Assembly (NCBI GenBank): GCA_950097015.1
Contig: CATNEN010000039.1
Coordinates: 2,418,001-2,482,000, forward strand
Source: Macrostomum hystrix
Taxonomy: Eukaryota; Animalia; Platyhelminthes
DNA: 64,000 nucleotides
Direction: 5' to 3'
Shown here: piece by piece, positions 1 to 15,235 of the stretch
Layout: every line of letters starts with the position of its first letter
How positions within the stretch are numbered: position 1 is the stretch's first letter
Notes under the pieces: generated by a model
Told to the model about the DNA's origin: nothing
Database searches by the model: none
Seen by the model: the letters and a program-made list of their open reading frames with translations, nothing else
Made by a program: the position numbers and the translations under genes

Positions 1-329
1 ATTCTTCTAATTCTCAAGCACCATAGATCAAGCTCAGAGTATTTTTAGGCTCAGCAATCGTTACAGATATTTAACTAGCGATAAGACAGCCCATCGCATT
101 GACTTATTTCCTGTTGACTTTTTTGGGGGCTCCCAACTCAACGAGCTCAAGGATTATTGCCGCGCAGTCTTGGTGTCTGTGACCTCCATTTGTACTGGAC
201 TAAAATTCTTATAGACGAATATGAGCGATCAAATCTTAGCTAGGTCGGATCAAGATAGCGAGTTAGATAATCAGTCTGTTTATCAATGAAATAACAGATC
301 GGTGAAAAATGGATCGATGCACTGACTGG

Positions 330-3300
330 ACTATGAAATTATTGGATTGATGAAATTATTGGATTGATGAAATTATTAGATTGATGAAATTATTGGATTG
401 ATGAAATTATTGGATTGATGAATTGATTAGATCGATGAATTGTTGAATAAATCAAATGATTGGATCGATGAATTGTTGAATAAATCAAATGATTGGATCG
501 ATGAATTGTTAAATCAATCAAATGATTGGATCGATGAATTGTTGAATAAATCAAATGATTAGATCGATGAATTGATTAGATCGATGAATTGTTGAATAAA
601 TCAAATGATTGGATCGATGAATTGTTGAATAAATCAAATGATTGGATCGATGAATTGTTGAATCAATCAAATGATTGGATCGATGAATTGTTGAATCAAT
701 CAGATGATTGGATCGATGAATTGTTAAATCAATCAAATGATTGGATCGATGAATTGTTGAATAAATCAAATGATTGGATCGATGAATTGTTGAATCAATC
801 AAATGATTGGATCGATGAATTGTTAAATAAATCAAATGATTGGATCGATGAATTGTTAAATCAATCAAATGATTGGATCGATGAATTGTTGAATAAATCA
901 AATGATTAGATCGATGAATTGATTAGATCGATGAATTGTTGAATAAATCAAATGATTGGATCGATGAATTGTTGAATAAATCAAATGATTGGATCGATGA
1001 ATTGTTGAATAAATCAAATGATTGGATCGATGAATTGTTAAATAAATCAAATGATTGGATCGATGAATTGTTAAATAAATCAAATGATTGGATCGATGAA
1101 TTGTTGAATAAATCAAATGATTAGATCGATGAATTGATTAGATCGATGAATTGTTGAATAAATCAAATGATTGGATCGATGAATTGTTGAATAAATCAAA
1201 TGATTGGATCGATGAATTGTTGAATAAATCAAATGATTGGATCGATGAATTGTTGAATAAATCAAATGATTGGATCGATGAATTGTTGAATAAATCAAAT
1301 GATTGGATCGATGAATTGTTGAATCAATCAAATGATTGGATCGATGAATTGTTGAATCAATCAAATGATTGGATCGATGAATTGTTGAATAAATCAAATG
1401 ATTGGATCGATGAATTGTTGAATCAATCAAATGATTGGATCGATGAATTGTTAAATAAATCAAATGATTGGATCGATGAATTGTTGAATCAATCAAATGA
1501 TTGGATCGATGAATTGTTGAATAAATCAAATGATTGGATCGATGAATTGTTAAATAAATCAAATGACTCGATCGATGAATTGTTGAATAAATCAAATGAT
1601 TGGATCGATGAATTGTTGAATAAATCAAATGATTAGATCGATGAATTGTTGAATAAATCAAATGATTGGATCGATGAATTGTTGAATAAATCAAATGATT
1701 GGATCGATGAATTGTTGAATAAATCAAATGATTGGATCGATGAATTGTTGAATAAATCAAATGATTGGATCGATGAATTGTTGAATAAATCAAATGATTG
1801 GATCGATGAATTGTTGAATAAATCAAATGATTGGATCGATGAATTGTTGAATAAATCAAATGATTGGATCGATGAATTGTTGAATAAATCAAATGATTGG
1901 ATCGATGAATTGTTGAATAAATCAAATGATTGGATCGATGAATTGTTGAATAAATCAAATGATTGGATCGATGAATTGTTGAATAAATCAAATGATTGGA
2001 TCGATGAATTGTTGAATCAATCAAATGATTGGATCGATGAATTGTTGAATAAATCAAATGATTGGATCGATGAATTGTTGAATAAATCAAATGATTGGAT
2101 CGATGAATTGTTGAATAAATCAAATGATTGGATCGATGAATTGTTGAATAAATCAAATGATTGGATCGATGAATTGTTGAATAAATCAAATGATTGGATC
2201 GATGAATTGTTGAATAAATCAAATGATTGGATCGATGAATTGTTGAATCAATCAAATGATTGGATCGATGAATTGTTGAATAAATCAAATGATTGGATCG
2301 ATGAATTGTTGAATAAATCAAATGATTGGATCGATGAATTGTTGAATAAATCAAATGATTGGATCGATGAATTGTTGAATAAATCAAATGATTAGATCGA
2401 TGAATTGATTAGATCGATGAATTGTTGAATAAATCAAATGATTGGATCGATGAATTGTTGAATAAATCAAATGATTGGATCGATGAATTGTTGAATAAAT
2501 CAAATGATTGGATCGATGAATTGTTGAATAAATCAAATGATTGGATCGATGAATTGTTGAATAAATCAAATGATTGGATCGATGAATTGTTGAATAAATC
2601 AAATGATTGGATCGATGAATTGTTGAATCAATCAAATGATTGGATCGATGAATTGTTGAATCAATCAAATGATTGGATCGATGAATTGTTGAATAAATCA
2701 AATGATTGGATCGATGAATTGTTGAATCAATCAAATGATTGGATCGATGAATTGTTAAATAAATCAAATGATTGGATCGATGAATTGTTGAATCAATCAA
2801 ATGATTGGATCGATGAATTGTTGAATAAATCAAATGATTGGATCGATGAATTGTTAAATAAATCAAATGACTCGATCGATGAATTGTTGAATAAATCAAA
2901 TGATTGGATCGATGAATTGTTGAATAAATCAAATGATTAGATCGATGAATTGTTGAATAAATCAAATGATTGGATCGATGAATTGTTGAATAAATCAAAT
3001 GATTGGATCGATGAATTGTTGAATAAATCAAATGATTGGATCGATGAATTGTTGAATAAATCAAATGATTGGATCGATGAATTGTTGAATAAATCAAATG
3101 ATTGGATCGATGAATTGTTGAATAAATCAAATGATTGGATCGATGAATTGTTGAATAAATCAAATGATTGGATCGATGAATTGTTGAATAAATCAAATGA
3201 TTGGATCGATGAATTGTTGAATAAATCAAATGATTGGATCGATGAATTGTTGAATAAATCAAATGATTGGATCGATGAATTGTTGAATAAATCAAATGAT

Positions 3301-5352
3301 TGGATCGATGAATTGTTGAATCAATCAAATGATTGGATCGATGAATTGTTGAATAAATCAAATGATTGGATCGATGAATTGTTGAATAAATCAAATGATT
3401 GGATCGATGAATTGTTGAATAAATCAAATGATTGGATCGATGAATTGTTGAATAAATCAAATGATTGGATCGATGAATTGTTGAATAAATCAAATGATTG
3501 GATCGATGAATTGTTGAATAAATCAAATGATTGGATCGATGAATTGTTGAATAAATCAAATGATTGGATCGATGAATTGTTGAATAAATCAAGTTGATTG
3601 GATCGATGAATTGTTGAATAAATCAAATGATTGGATCGATGAATTGTTGAATCAATCAAATGATTGGATCGATGAATTGTTGAATAAATCAAATGATTGG
3701 ATCGATGAATTGTTGAATAAATCAAATGATTGGATCGATGAATTGTTGAATAAATCAGATGATTGGATCGATGAATTGTTGAATAAATCAAATGATTGGA
3801 TCGATGAATTGTTGAATAAATCAAATGATTGGATCGATGAATTGTTGAATAAATCAAATGATTGGATCGATGAATTGTTGAATCAATCAAATGATTGGAT
3901 CGATGAATTGTTGAATCAATCAAATGATTGGATCGATGAATTGTTAAATAAATCAAATGATTGGATCGATGAATTGTTGAATAAATCAAATGATTGGATC
4001 GATGAATTGTTGAATAAATCAAATGATTGGATCGATGAATTGTTAAATAAATCAAATGACTCGATCGATGAATTGTTGAATAAATCAAATGATTGGATCG
4101 ATGAATTGTTGAATAAATCAAATGATTGGATCGATGAATTGTTGAATAAATCAAATGATTGGATCGATGAATTGTTGAATAAATCAAATGATTTGATCGA
4201 TGAATTGTTGAATAAATCAAATGATTGGATCGATGAATTGTTGAATAAATCAAATGATTAGATCGATGAATTGTTGAATAAATCAAATGATTGGATCGAT
4301 GAATTGTTGAATAAATCAAATGATTTGATCGATGAATTGTTGAATAAATCAAATGATTGGATCGATGAATTGTTGAATAAATCAAATGATTAGATCGATG
4401 AATTGTTGAATCAATCAAATGATTGGATCGATGAATTGTTGAATAAATCAAATGATTGGATCGATGAATTGTTGAATAAATCAAATGATTGGATCGATGA
4501 ATTGTTGAATAAATCAAATGATTGGATCGATGAATTGTTGAATAAATCAAATTATTGGATCGATGAATTGTTGAATAAATCAAATTATTGGATCGATGAA
4601 TTGTTGAATAAATCAAATGATTGGATCGATGAATTGTTGAATCAATCAAATGATTGGATCGATGAATTGTTGAATAAATCAAATGATTGGATCGATGAAT
4701 TGTTGAATAAATCAAATGATTGGATCGATGAATTGTTGAATAAATCAAATGATTGGATCGATGAATTGTTGAATAAATCAAATGATTGGATCGATGAATT
4801 GTTGAATAAATCAAATTATTGGATCGATGAATTGTTGAATAAATCAAATGATTGGATCGATGAATTGTTGAATCAATCAAATGATTGGATCGATGAATTG
4901 TTGAATCAATCAAATGATTGGATCGATGAATTGTTGAATAAATCAAATGATTGGATCGATGAATTGTTGAATAAATCAAATGATTGGATCGATGAATTGT
5001 TGAATGAATCAAATTATTGGATCGATGAATTGTTGAATAAATCAAGTAATTGGATCGATGAATTGTTGAATGAATCAAATTATTGGATCGATGAATTGTT
5101 GAATAAATCAAGTAATTGGATCGATGAATTGTTGAATAAATCTGATGATTAGATCGATGAATTGTTGAATAAATCAAATGATTGGATCGATGAATTGTTG
5201 AATAAATCAGATGATTGGATCGATGAATTGTTGAATGAATCAAATGATTACATCGATGAATTGATTAGATCGATGAATTGTTGAATAAATCAAATGATTG
5301 GATCGATGAATTTATTGGATTGATGAAATGATTGGATCGATGAAATGATTGA
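330..5352. repeat. 33-bp satellite array (GATTGGATCGATGAATTGTTGAATAAATCAAAT)n with 17-bp units at both edges
   Basis: Roughly 150 near-identical tandem units; it generates the spurious DWIDELLNKSN / IYSTIHRSNHL ORFs. Confidence 0.97.
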
Positions 5353-5727
5353 TTGTACAAAACGTTACAATCTTTACGTTTTGTTTGGAAACGTTACTGT
5401 GAAGCAGTTTTTGCTCTAATGAAAATATGTCAATCTGTCAGAGTTTCCTGGAAATCAGACGGAGCGAAATCTACCAGACTGCCTGGGATATATTCTGCTT
5501 GCAGTTGTTAATGCGACTAGCAACACGATTAATTTAACCAGAAAACTGAAAAAATGAGGCTCCTTTGATCACAAGTATATCAGCTTCTGAAAGTAAATTA
5601 AAGGAAATTAAAAGGCCGAGCATAGTAACAGCTCGGTAGCAGAAAACCCGGATGTGCGACGAGTTTAATTACCGCTTTCGCCGCGCCTCCAACAATTTAT
5701 TTTATTTTTTTGCCGAAAAATGTACCA

Positions 5728-6310
5728 TCGCATCTAGAATCCCATCTACAATCCCATCTAGAATCCTATCTACGAGTAGAATACCATCGCATCTAGAATC
5801 CCATCTAGAATCCCATCTAGGATCCCATCTAGAATCCCATCTACAATCCCATCTAGAATCCCATCTAGAATCCCATTTAGAATGCCATCTAGAATCCCAT
5901 CTAGAATCCCATCTAGAATCCCATCTAGAATCCCATCTAGAATCCCATCTACAATCCCATCTAGAATCCCATCTAGAATCCCATTTAGAATGCCATCTAG
6001 AATCCCATCTAGAATCCCATCTAGAATCCCATCTAGAATCCCATCTACAATCCCATCTAGAATCCCATCTACAATCCCATTTAGAATGCCATCTAGAATC
6101 CCATCTAGAATCCCATCTAGAATCCCATCTAGAATCCCATCTAGAATCCCATCTACAATCCCATCTAGAATCCCATCTAGAATCTCATCTTACCTAGAAT
6201 CCCATCTAGAATCCCATCTACAATCCCATCTTGAATCCCACCTAGAATCCCATCTTATCTAGAATCCAATCTAGAATCCCATCTAGAATCCCATCGCATC
6301 TAGAATCCCA
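5728..6310. repeat. 12-bp minisatellite (TCCCATCTAGAA)n
   Basis: Direct tandem periodicity. Confidence 0.95.
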
Positions 6311-7024
6311 TTTTATCCCCTCCATCACTCACTGCTCAGTGGGCATGAGTAGCAGTGACTGCAGGAAGCTGTCTCATTGGCTCGAGAAGCTCCTACGATT
6401 TGCCAAGCATGAGCAACCCCCCCTCACTCATCCCATCGCATTTAGCATTCTTCCAGTTGGTTTAGAAGGCCTTGAAAGGCCTCCCTACGAAAGCAGCAAT
6501 CAAGCAATCGTCAATCCGCTAGAAGCCGTAGTATCGGTGCTGTAAAAGCATTTTCTCAGCTGTCAGTGTTTCTGTCTGCGAGGTGAGTCGTTTTTCAATT
6601 CACTGACACTTTTTCTAGTCCGTACTCAGCTGCGATTATCCAGGACGCGGTTAAAGTACAAACTATAAAGAATTATGCTTAGAATCGGCCTCTTTTTTCA
6701 CTGCCTTATCATTTCTCCATTCGTCTCTGTCGGCCTCACTTCCTTATCTGTTCATTCTCTCCGCAGCCAATTTTCCAACATTTTATTCCGATACTTGCCT
6801 CATCAGAATAATAGCCTGGCCCACCACTTTGCGGCTATCTTTGATTTGGTTCTAAGAAGTGAATTTATTAAAAATTTTTATAATAAAAAACGGGCTCGCC
6901 AAGGCAATGGCACAACACAGAAGTCTCAGAAAGTGTATCTAAATAACACCCGGAGTTGTACCTGGAATCTGTGGAAGACACGTATCTAGAATCGCAGCAG
7001 GACTAGTATTAACAATCACAAAGA

Positions 7025-7728
7025 GATGCCTAGCTACAATGGCAGCAAGATGCCTAGCTAGAATCGCATCAAGATGCCTGGTATCGCAGCAAGATGCCTG
7101 GTATCGCAGCAAGATGCCTGGTATCGCAGCAAGATGCCTGGTATCGCAGCAAGATGCCTAGCTAGTATCGTAGCAAGACTTTCTTGAATCGCATCAAGAT
7201 AGCTGGTATCGCAGCAAGATGTCTAGCTAGTATCGAAGTAAGACACTTAGCAAGAATCGCAGCAGGATGCCTAGCTAGAATCGCAGAAAGACGCCAAACT
7301 AGAATCGCAACAAGATGCCTAGCTAGTATCGTAGCAAGACACCTAGCTAGAATCGCAGCAATATGCCTAGCTAGAATCGCAGCAAGCCACCTAGCTAGAA
7401 TCGCAGCAAGATGCCTAGCTAGAATCGCAGCAATATGCCTAGCTAGAATCGCAGTAAGATGCCTAGCTAGAATCGCAGTAAGATGCCTAGCTAGAAGCGC
7501 AGCAAGCCACCTATCTAGTATCGCAGCAAGACACCTAGCTAGAATCGCAGCAAGATGCCTAGCTAGAATCGCAGCAATATGCCTAGCTAGAATCGCAGTA
7601 AGATGCCTAGCTAGAATCGCAGTAAGATGCCTAGCTAGAAGCGCAGCAAGCCACCTATTTAGTATCGCAGCAAGACACCTAGCTAGAATCGCAGAAAGAG
7701 CCTAGCTAGAATCGCAGCAAGCCACCCA
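7025..7728. repeat. 24-bp minisatellite (CTAGAATCGCAGCAAGATGCCTAG)n with 20-bp variants
   Basis: Direct tandem periodicity. Confidence 0.93.
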
Positions 7729-8279
7729 GCTGTTCAGACATGTAATGCTTAAAATGTTCATATGATGATTTCCAATAGCAAATTCATAGAGCTCAAAGTT
7801 GCACTCTAATCCACACTCCATTTGAAAGTGTACCTCTTATATTTTTAAATACTGCATGCAAGAATCAAAGCTTTCCGTTTCCTACTCAAGCCATGCCGAG
7901 CTCAGTTGAGTACTGACAGACTAAACTCATTAACATGAGATTCAGTGAAACTGGCCTATCTTTAGATTATAGACAGTAGACTCAGACTCAACTTAATGGA
8001 AAAGATCCACAACCCGTCCGGGATTCTAATAAGGGGATTAGGGCGGTGAGGCTGCCATAGGTGAAAACTAGCTGAGCTTTAGGAAATCCTCATTTCGCTG
8101 TCATGCTGCTTTGGACAGATGAAGGCTTGTGTGGGTGTGAAATGAAACCAATTTTATACTTGGTAAACAGACAGTATGGGACAGGCGGTCAGCCAGGATC
8201 TAACTGGGCTCTGGCCAGGCCCGGTGATGCTGCAGAAACTGATTAATGTGATTCCTTTTGTGGCTGAAGCTTTTTAGCT

Positions 8280-11200
8280 CTAACCGTGTTCTTCCCATCC
8301 TAATCCGTGTTCTTCCCATCCTGATCCGTGTTCTTCCCATCCTAATCCGTGTTCTTCCCATCCCTACTCCGTGTTCTTCCCATTCCTAATCCGCGTTCTT
8401 CCCGTTACTAATCCATGTTCTTCACATCCCTACTCCGTGTTTTTCCCATTCCTAATCCATGTTCTTCCCATTACTGTTGAATGTTCTTCTCATTATTAAT
8501 CCATGTTCTTCCCATTATTAATCCATGTTCTTCCCATTATTAATCCATGTTCTTCCCATTATTAATCCATGTTCTTCCCATTACTAATCCATGTTCTTCC
8601 CATTATTAATCCATGTTCTTTCCATTATTAATCCATGTTCTTCCCATCCCTACTCCGTGTTCTTCCCAATCCTAATCCATGTTCTTCCCGTTACTAATCC
8701 ATGTTCTTCCCATCCCTACTCCGTGTTCTTCCCAATCCTAATCCATGTTCTTCCCATTACTGTTGAATGTTCTTCCCATTATTAATCCATGTTCTTCCCA
8801 TTCCTAATCCGCGTTCTTCCCGTTACTAATCCATGTTCTTCCCATCCCTACTCCGTGTTCTTCCCAATCCTAATCCGTGTTCTTCCCAATCCTAATCCGT
8901 GTTCTTCCCATTCCTAATCCGTGTTCTTCCCATTACTGTTGAATGTTCTTCCCATTATTAATCCATGTTCTTCCCATTATTAATCCATGTTCTTCCCATC
9001 CTAATCCGTGTTCTTCCCATCCTAATCCGTGTTCTTCCCATCCTAATCCGTGTTCTTCACAATCCTAATCCGTGTTCTTCCCATCCCTACTCCGCGTTCT
9101 TCCCATCCCTACTCCGTGTTCTTCCCATTCCTAATCCGCGTTCTTCCCGTTACTAATCCATGTTCTTCCCATCCCTACTCCGTGTTCTTCCCATTTCTAA
9201 ATTGCGTTCTTTCCGTTACTAATCCATGTTCTTCCCATTTCTAATTTGCGTTCTTCCCGTTACTAATCCATGTTCTTCCCATCCTAATCCGTGTTCTTCC
9301 CATCCTAATCCGTGTTCTTCCCATCCTAATCCGTGTTCTTCACAATCCTAATCCGTGTTCTTCCCATCCCTACTCCGCGTTCTTCCCATCCCTACTCCGT
9401 GTTCTTCCCATTCCTAATCCGCGTTCTTCCCGTTACTAATCCATGTTCTTCCCATCCCTACTCCGCGTTCTTCCCATCCCTACTCCGTGTTCTTCCCAAT
9501 CCTAATCCATGTTCTTCCCGTTACTAATCCATGTTCTTCCCATCCCTACTCCGTGTTCTTCCCAATCCTAATCCATGTTCTTCCCATTACTGTTGAATGT
9601 TCTTCCCATTATTAATCCATGTTCTTCCCATTCCTAATCCGCGTTCTTCCCGTTACTAATCCATGTTCTTCCCATCCTAATCCGTGTTCTTCCCATCCTA
9701 ATCCGTGTTCTTCCCATCCTAATCCGTGTTCTTCACAATCCTAATCCGTGTTCTTCCCATCCCTACTCCGCGTTCTTCCCATCCCTACTCCGTGTTCTTC
9801 CCATTCCTAATCCGCGTTCTTCCCGTTACTAATCCATGTTCTTCCCATCCCTACTCCGTGTTCTTCCCATTTCTAAATTGCGTTCTTTCCGTTACTAATC
9901 CATGTTCTTCCCATTTCTAATTTGCGTTCTTCCCGTTACTAATCCATGTTCTTCCCATTTCTAATTTGCGTTCTTCCCGTTACTAATCCATGTTCTTCAC
10001 ATTATTAATCCATGTTCTTCCCATTATTAATCCATGTTCTTCCCATTATTAATCCATGTTCTTCCCATCCCTAATCCGTGTTCTTCCCATCCCTAATCCG
10101 TGTTCTTCCCATTTCTAATTTGCGTTCTTCCCGTTACTAATCCATGTTCTTCACATCCCTAATCCATGTTCTTCACATTATTAATCCATGTTCTTCCCAT
10201 TATTAATCCATGTTCTTCACATTATTAATCCATGTTCTTCCCATTATTAATCCATGTTCTTCACATTATTAATCCATGTTCTTTCCATTATTAATCCATG
10301 TTCTTCACATCCCTAATCCATGTTCTTCACATTATTAATCCATGTTCTTTCCATTATTAACCCATGTTCTTCACATCCCTAATCCATGTTCTTCACATTA
10401 TTAATCCATGTTCTTCCCATTATTAATCCATGTTCTTCACATTATTAGTCCATGTTCTTCACATTATTAATCCATGTTCTCCCCATTATTAATCCATGTT
10501 CTTCCCATTATTAATCCATGTTCTTCCCATTATTAATCCATGTTCTTCCCATTATTAATCCATGTTCTTCCCATTATTAATCCATGTTCTTTCCAATTTT
10601 AATCCATGTTCTTCCCATTATTAACCCATGTTCTTCACATTATTAATCCATGTTCTTTCCATTATTAACCCATGTTCTTCACATTATTAATCCATGTTCT
10701 TCCCATTATTAATCCATGTTCTTCCCATTATTAATCCATGTTCTTCACATTATTAGTCCATGTTCTTCACATTATTAATCCATGTTCTTCCCATTATTAA
10801 TCCATGTTCTTCACATTATTAGTCCATGTTCTTCCCATTATTAATCCATGTTGTTCCCATTATTAATCCATGTTCTTCCCATTATTAATCCATGTTCTTC
10901 TCATTATTAATCCATGTTCTTCTCATTATTAATCCATGTTCTTCACATTATTAATCCATGTTCTTCCCATTATTAATCCATGTTCTTCCCATTATTAATC
11001 CATGTTCTTCCCATTATTAATCCATGTTCTTCCTATTATTAATCCATGTTCTTCCCATTATTAATCCATGTTCTTCCCATTATTAATCCATGTTCTTCCC
11101 ATTATTAATCCATGTTCTTTCCATTATTAACCCATGTTCTTCACATTATTAATCCATGTTCTCCCCATTATTAATCCATGTTCTTCCCATTATTAATCCA

Positions 11201-14200
11201 TGTTCTTCCCATTATTAATCCATGTTCTTCCCATTATTAATCCATGTTCTTCCCATTATTAATCCATGTTCTTTCCAATTTTAATCCATGTTCTTCCCAT
11301 TATTAACCCATGTTCTTCACATTATTAATCCATGTTCTTTCCATTATTAATCCATGTTCTTCACATTATTAATCCATGTTCTTCCCATTATTAATCCATG
11401 TTCTTCCCATTATTAATCCATGTTCTTCACATTATTAGTCCATGTTCTTCCCATTATTAATCCATGTTCTTCCCATTATTAATCCATGTTCTTCACATTA
11501 TTAGTCCATGTTCTTCCCATTATTAATCCATGTTCTTCCCATTATTAATCCATGTTCTTCCCATTATTAATCCATGTTCTTTCCAATTTTAATCCATGTT
11601 CTTTCCAATTTTAATCCATGTTCTTCCCATTATTAATCCATGTTCTTCCCATTATTAATCCATGTTCTTTCCATTATTAATCCATGTTCTTCCCATTATT
11701 AATCCATGTTCTTCCCATCCCTACTCCGTGTTCTTCCCAATCCTAATCCATGTTCTTCCCGTTACTAATCCATGTTCTTCCCATCCCTACTCCGTGTTCT
11801 TCCCAATCCTAATCCATGTTCTTCCCATTACTGTTGAATGTTCTTCCCATTATTAATCCATGTTCTTCCCATTCCTAATCCGCGTTCTTCCCGTTACTAA
11901 TCCATGTTCTTCCCATCCCTACTCCGTGTTCTTCCCAATCCTAATCCGTGTTCTTCCCAATCCTAATCCGTGTTCTTCCCATTCCTAATCCGTGTTCTTC
12001 CCATTACTGTTGAATGTTCTTCCCATTATTAATCCATGTTCTTCCCATTATTAATCCATGTTCTTCCCATCCTAATCCGTGTTCTTCCCATCCTAATCCG
12101 TGTTCTTCCCATCCTAATCCGTGTTCTTCACAATCCTAATCCGTGTTCTTCCCATCCCTACTCCGCGTTCTTCCCATCCCTACTCCGTGTTCTTCCCATT
12201 CCTAATCCGCGTTCTTCCCGTTACTAATCCATGTTCTTCCCATCCCTACTCCGTGTTCTTCCCATTTCTAAATTGCGTTCTTTCCGTTACTAATCCATGT
12301 TCTTCCCATTTCTAATTTGCGTTCTTCCCGTTACTAATCCATGTTCTTCCCATCCTAATCCGTGTTCTTCCCATCCTAATCCGTGTTCTTCCCATCCTAA
12401 TCCGTGTTCTTCACAATCCTAATCCGTGTTCTTCCCATCCCTACTCCGCGTTCTTCCCATCCCTACTCCGTGTTCTTCCCATTCCTAATCCGCGTTCTTC
12501 CCGTTACTAATCCATGTTCTTCCCATCCCTACTCCGTGTTCTTCCCATTTCTAAATTGCGTTCTTTCCGTTACTAATCCATGTTCTTCCCATTTCTAATT
12601 TGCGTTCTTCCCGTTACTAATCCATGTTCTTCACATTATTAATCCATGTTCTTCCCATTATTAATCCATGTTCTTCCCATTATTAATCCATGTTCTTCCC
12701 ATTATTAATCCATGTTCTTCCAATTATTAATCCATGTTCTTTCCATTATTAATCCATGTTCTTCCCATTTCTAATTTGCGTTCTTCCCGTTACTAATCCA
12801 TGTTCTTCACATTATTAATCCATGTTCTTCCCATTATTAATCCATGTTCTTCCCATTATTAATCCATGTTCTTCCCATTATTAATCCATGTTCTTCCCAT
12901 TATTAATCCATGTTCTTCCCATTATTAATCCATGTTCTTCCCATTATTAATCCATGTTCTTCCCATTATGAATCTATGTTCTTCACATTATTAATCCATG
13001 TTCTTCCAATTATTAATCCATGTTCTTTCCATTATTAATCCATGTTCTTCCCATCCCCAATCCGTGTTCTTCCCATCCCTAATCCGTGTTCTTCCCATTT
13101 CTAATTTGCGTTCTTCCCGTTACTAATCCATGTTCTTCACATTATTAATCCATGTTCTTCCCATTATTAATCCATGTTCTTCCCATTATTAATCCATGTT
13201 CTTCCCATTATTAATCCATGTTCTTCCCATTATTAATCCATGTTCTTCCCATTATTAATCCATGTTCTTTCCAATTTTAATCCATGTTCTTCCCATTATT
13301 AACCCATGTTCTTCACATTATTAATCCATGTTCTTTCCATTATTAACCCATGTTCTTCACATTATTAATCCATGTTCTTCCCATTATTAATCCATGTTCT
13401 TCCCATTATTAATCCATGTTCTTCACATTATTAGTCCATGTTCTTCCCATTATTAATCCATGTTCTTCCCATTATTAATCCATGTTCTTCCCATTATTAA
13501 TCCATGTTCTTCCCATTATTAATCCATGTTCTTCCCATTATTAATCCATGTTCTTTCCAATTTTAATCCATGTTCTTCCCATTATTAACCCATGTTCTTC
13601 ACATTATTAATCCATGTTCTTTCCATTATTAACCCATGTTCTTCACATTATTAATCCATGTTCTTCCCATTATTAATCCATGTTCTTCCCATTATTAATC
13701 CATGTTCTTCACATTATTAGTCCATGTTCTTCCCATTATTAATCCATGTTCTTCCCATTATTAATCCATGTTCTTCCCATTATTAATCCATGTTCTTCCC
13801 ATTATTAATCCATGTTCTTCCCATTATTAATCCATGTTCTTCCCATTATTAATCCATGTTCTTCCCATTATTAATCCATGTTCTTTCCATTATTAATCCA
13901 TGTTCTTTCCAATTTTAATCCATGTTCTCCCCATTATTAATCCATGTTCTTCCCATTATTAATCCATGTTCTTCCCATTATTAACCCATGTTCTTCACAT
14001 TATTAATCCATGTTCTTCCCATTATTAATCCATGTTCTTCCCATTATTAATCCATGTTCTTCCCATTATTAATCCATGTTCTTCCCATTATTAATCCATG
14101 TTCTTCACATTATTAGTCCATGTTCTTCCCATTATTAATCCATGTTCTTCCCATTATTAATCCATGTTCTTCACATTATTAGTCCATGTTCTTCCCATTA

Positions 14201-14480
14201 TTAATCCATGTTCTTCCCATTATTAATCCATGTTCTTCCCATTATTAATCCATGTTCTTCTCATTATTAATCCATGTTCTTCTCATTATTAATCCATGTT
14301 CTTCCCATTATTAATCCATGTTCTTCCCATTATTAATCCATGTTCTTCCCATTATTAATCCATGTTCTTCCCATTATTAATCCATGTTCTTCCCATTATT
14401 AATCCATGTTCTTCCCATTATTAATCCATGTTCTTCCCATTATTAATCCATGTTCTTCCCATTACTCTCCGTGTTCTTCT
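8280..14480. repeat. 21/22-bp satellite (TTCTTCCCATTATTAATCCATG)n and variants, with higher-order duplication
   Basis: About 6.2 kb of tandem units; variant blocks recur at an offset of 3071 bp. Confidence 0.97.
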
Positions 14481-15235
14481 CAACCAGAATTCATGTTTCT
14501 TTCAATCTATATATATTTACTTCCCATTTATTATTTTATTTCCTTGAATCCCTCATGCAGCAGACTTCCTGTTTATAATCCACAAGTCTTGCCAATATCT
14601 TCTAATCTGTCAGCATCTTCAAATCTTATTATAACTTTTCCCCTGCTTTCCGTAGCCTTATCAATGTGCATCTGGCAATATTTGCTGACTGTACTTTGAA
14701 ACCGCCGTGTCAAATTAATAAAAGTCGCCAAAGACTAGTCACGTGACGTATGACCTTGCAGCTAAAAATAGCAGATTTTCCCGCCTCGGCATGCGTGCAA
14801 CACGCACTCAGAAAGTAGCGAAACTGGCCTGATCTCACGGTGCAGGGCTCCAGTTGCAGCCTTTCCGAAGCAAGCTCTTTGTGGGGAAATTGTGTCCGCG
14901 AAAAATGGGGATGATGGTGAGGCAGAAAATCGCGGCAAGCCTTACTTTTCGATAATTTTCAACTCACCCCCACGGAGCTTCTCAAATCCCAGATGAGAAT
15001 TCCTGATACTCCCATACCTAGCCAAGCCACTGACTACGTAGTCGTAGGCGAAGAATTATTAGCAGATAACACGAGATGGCACTTCTCGGCTACCGCACAA
15101 TCAATGGAGACTCGGGCGAGGCCACTTGCGATAATATGCTAATATAAGGTCACAACAGCAGTCTGAACAAATTGTTGTTCCTTTTTCCCTATAGCATTCT
15201 GCAATACGAAACTAAACTGTACTAAACACACTAAA

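Noticed and set aside
551-5243. Long ORFs of 11-aa repeats (DWIDELLNKSN / IYSTIHRSNHL) that look like an amphipathic repeat protein
   Set aside because: They are products of a 33-bp unit. Both strands are open, there are sporadic TAG variants and 17-bp frame-breaking units, and there is no real start or splice context.
8060-8160. Hammerhead-ribozyme-like GATGAAGG...GAAA motif
   Set aside because: The core is CAGATGA rather than CTGATGA, and the required stems cannot be formed.
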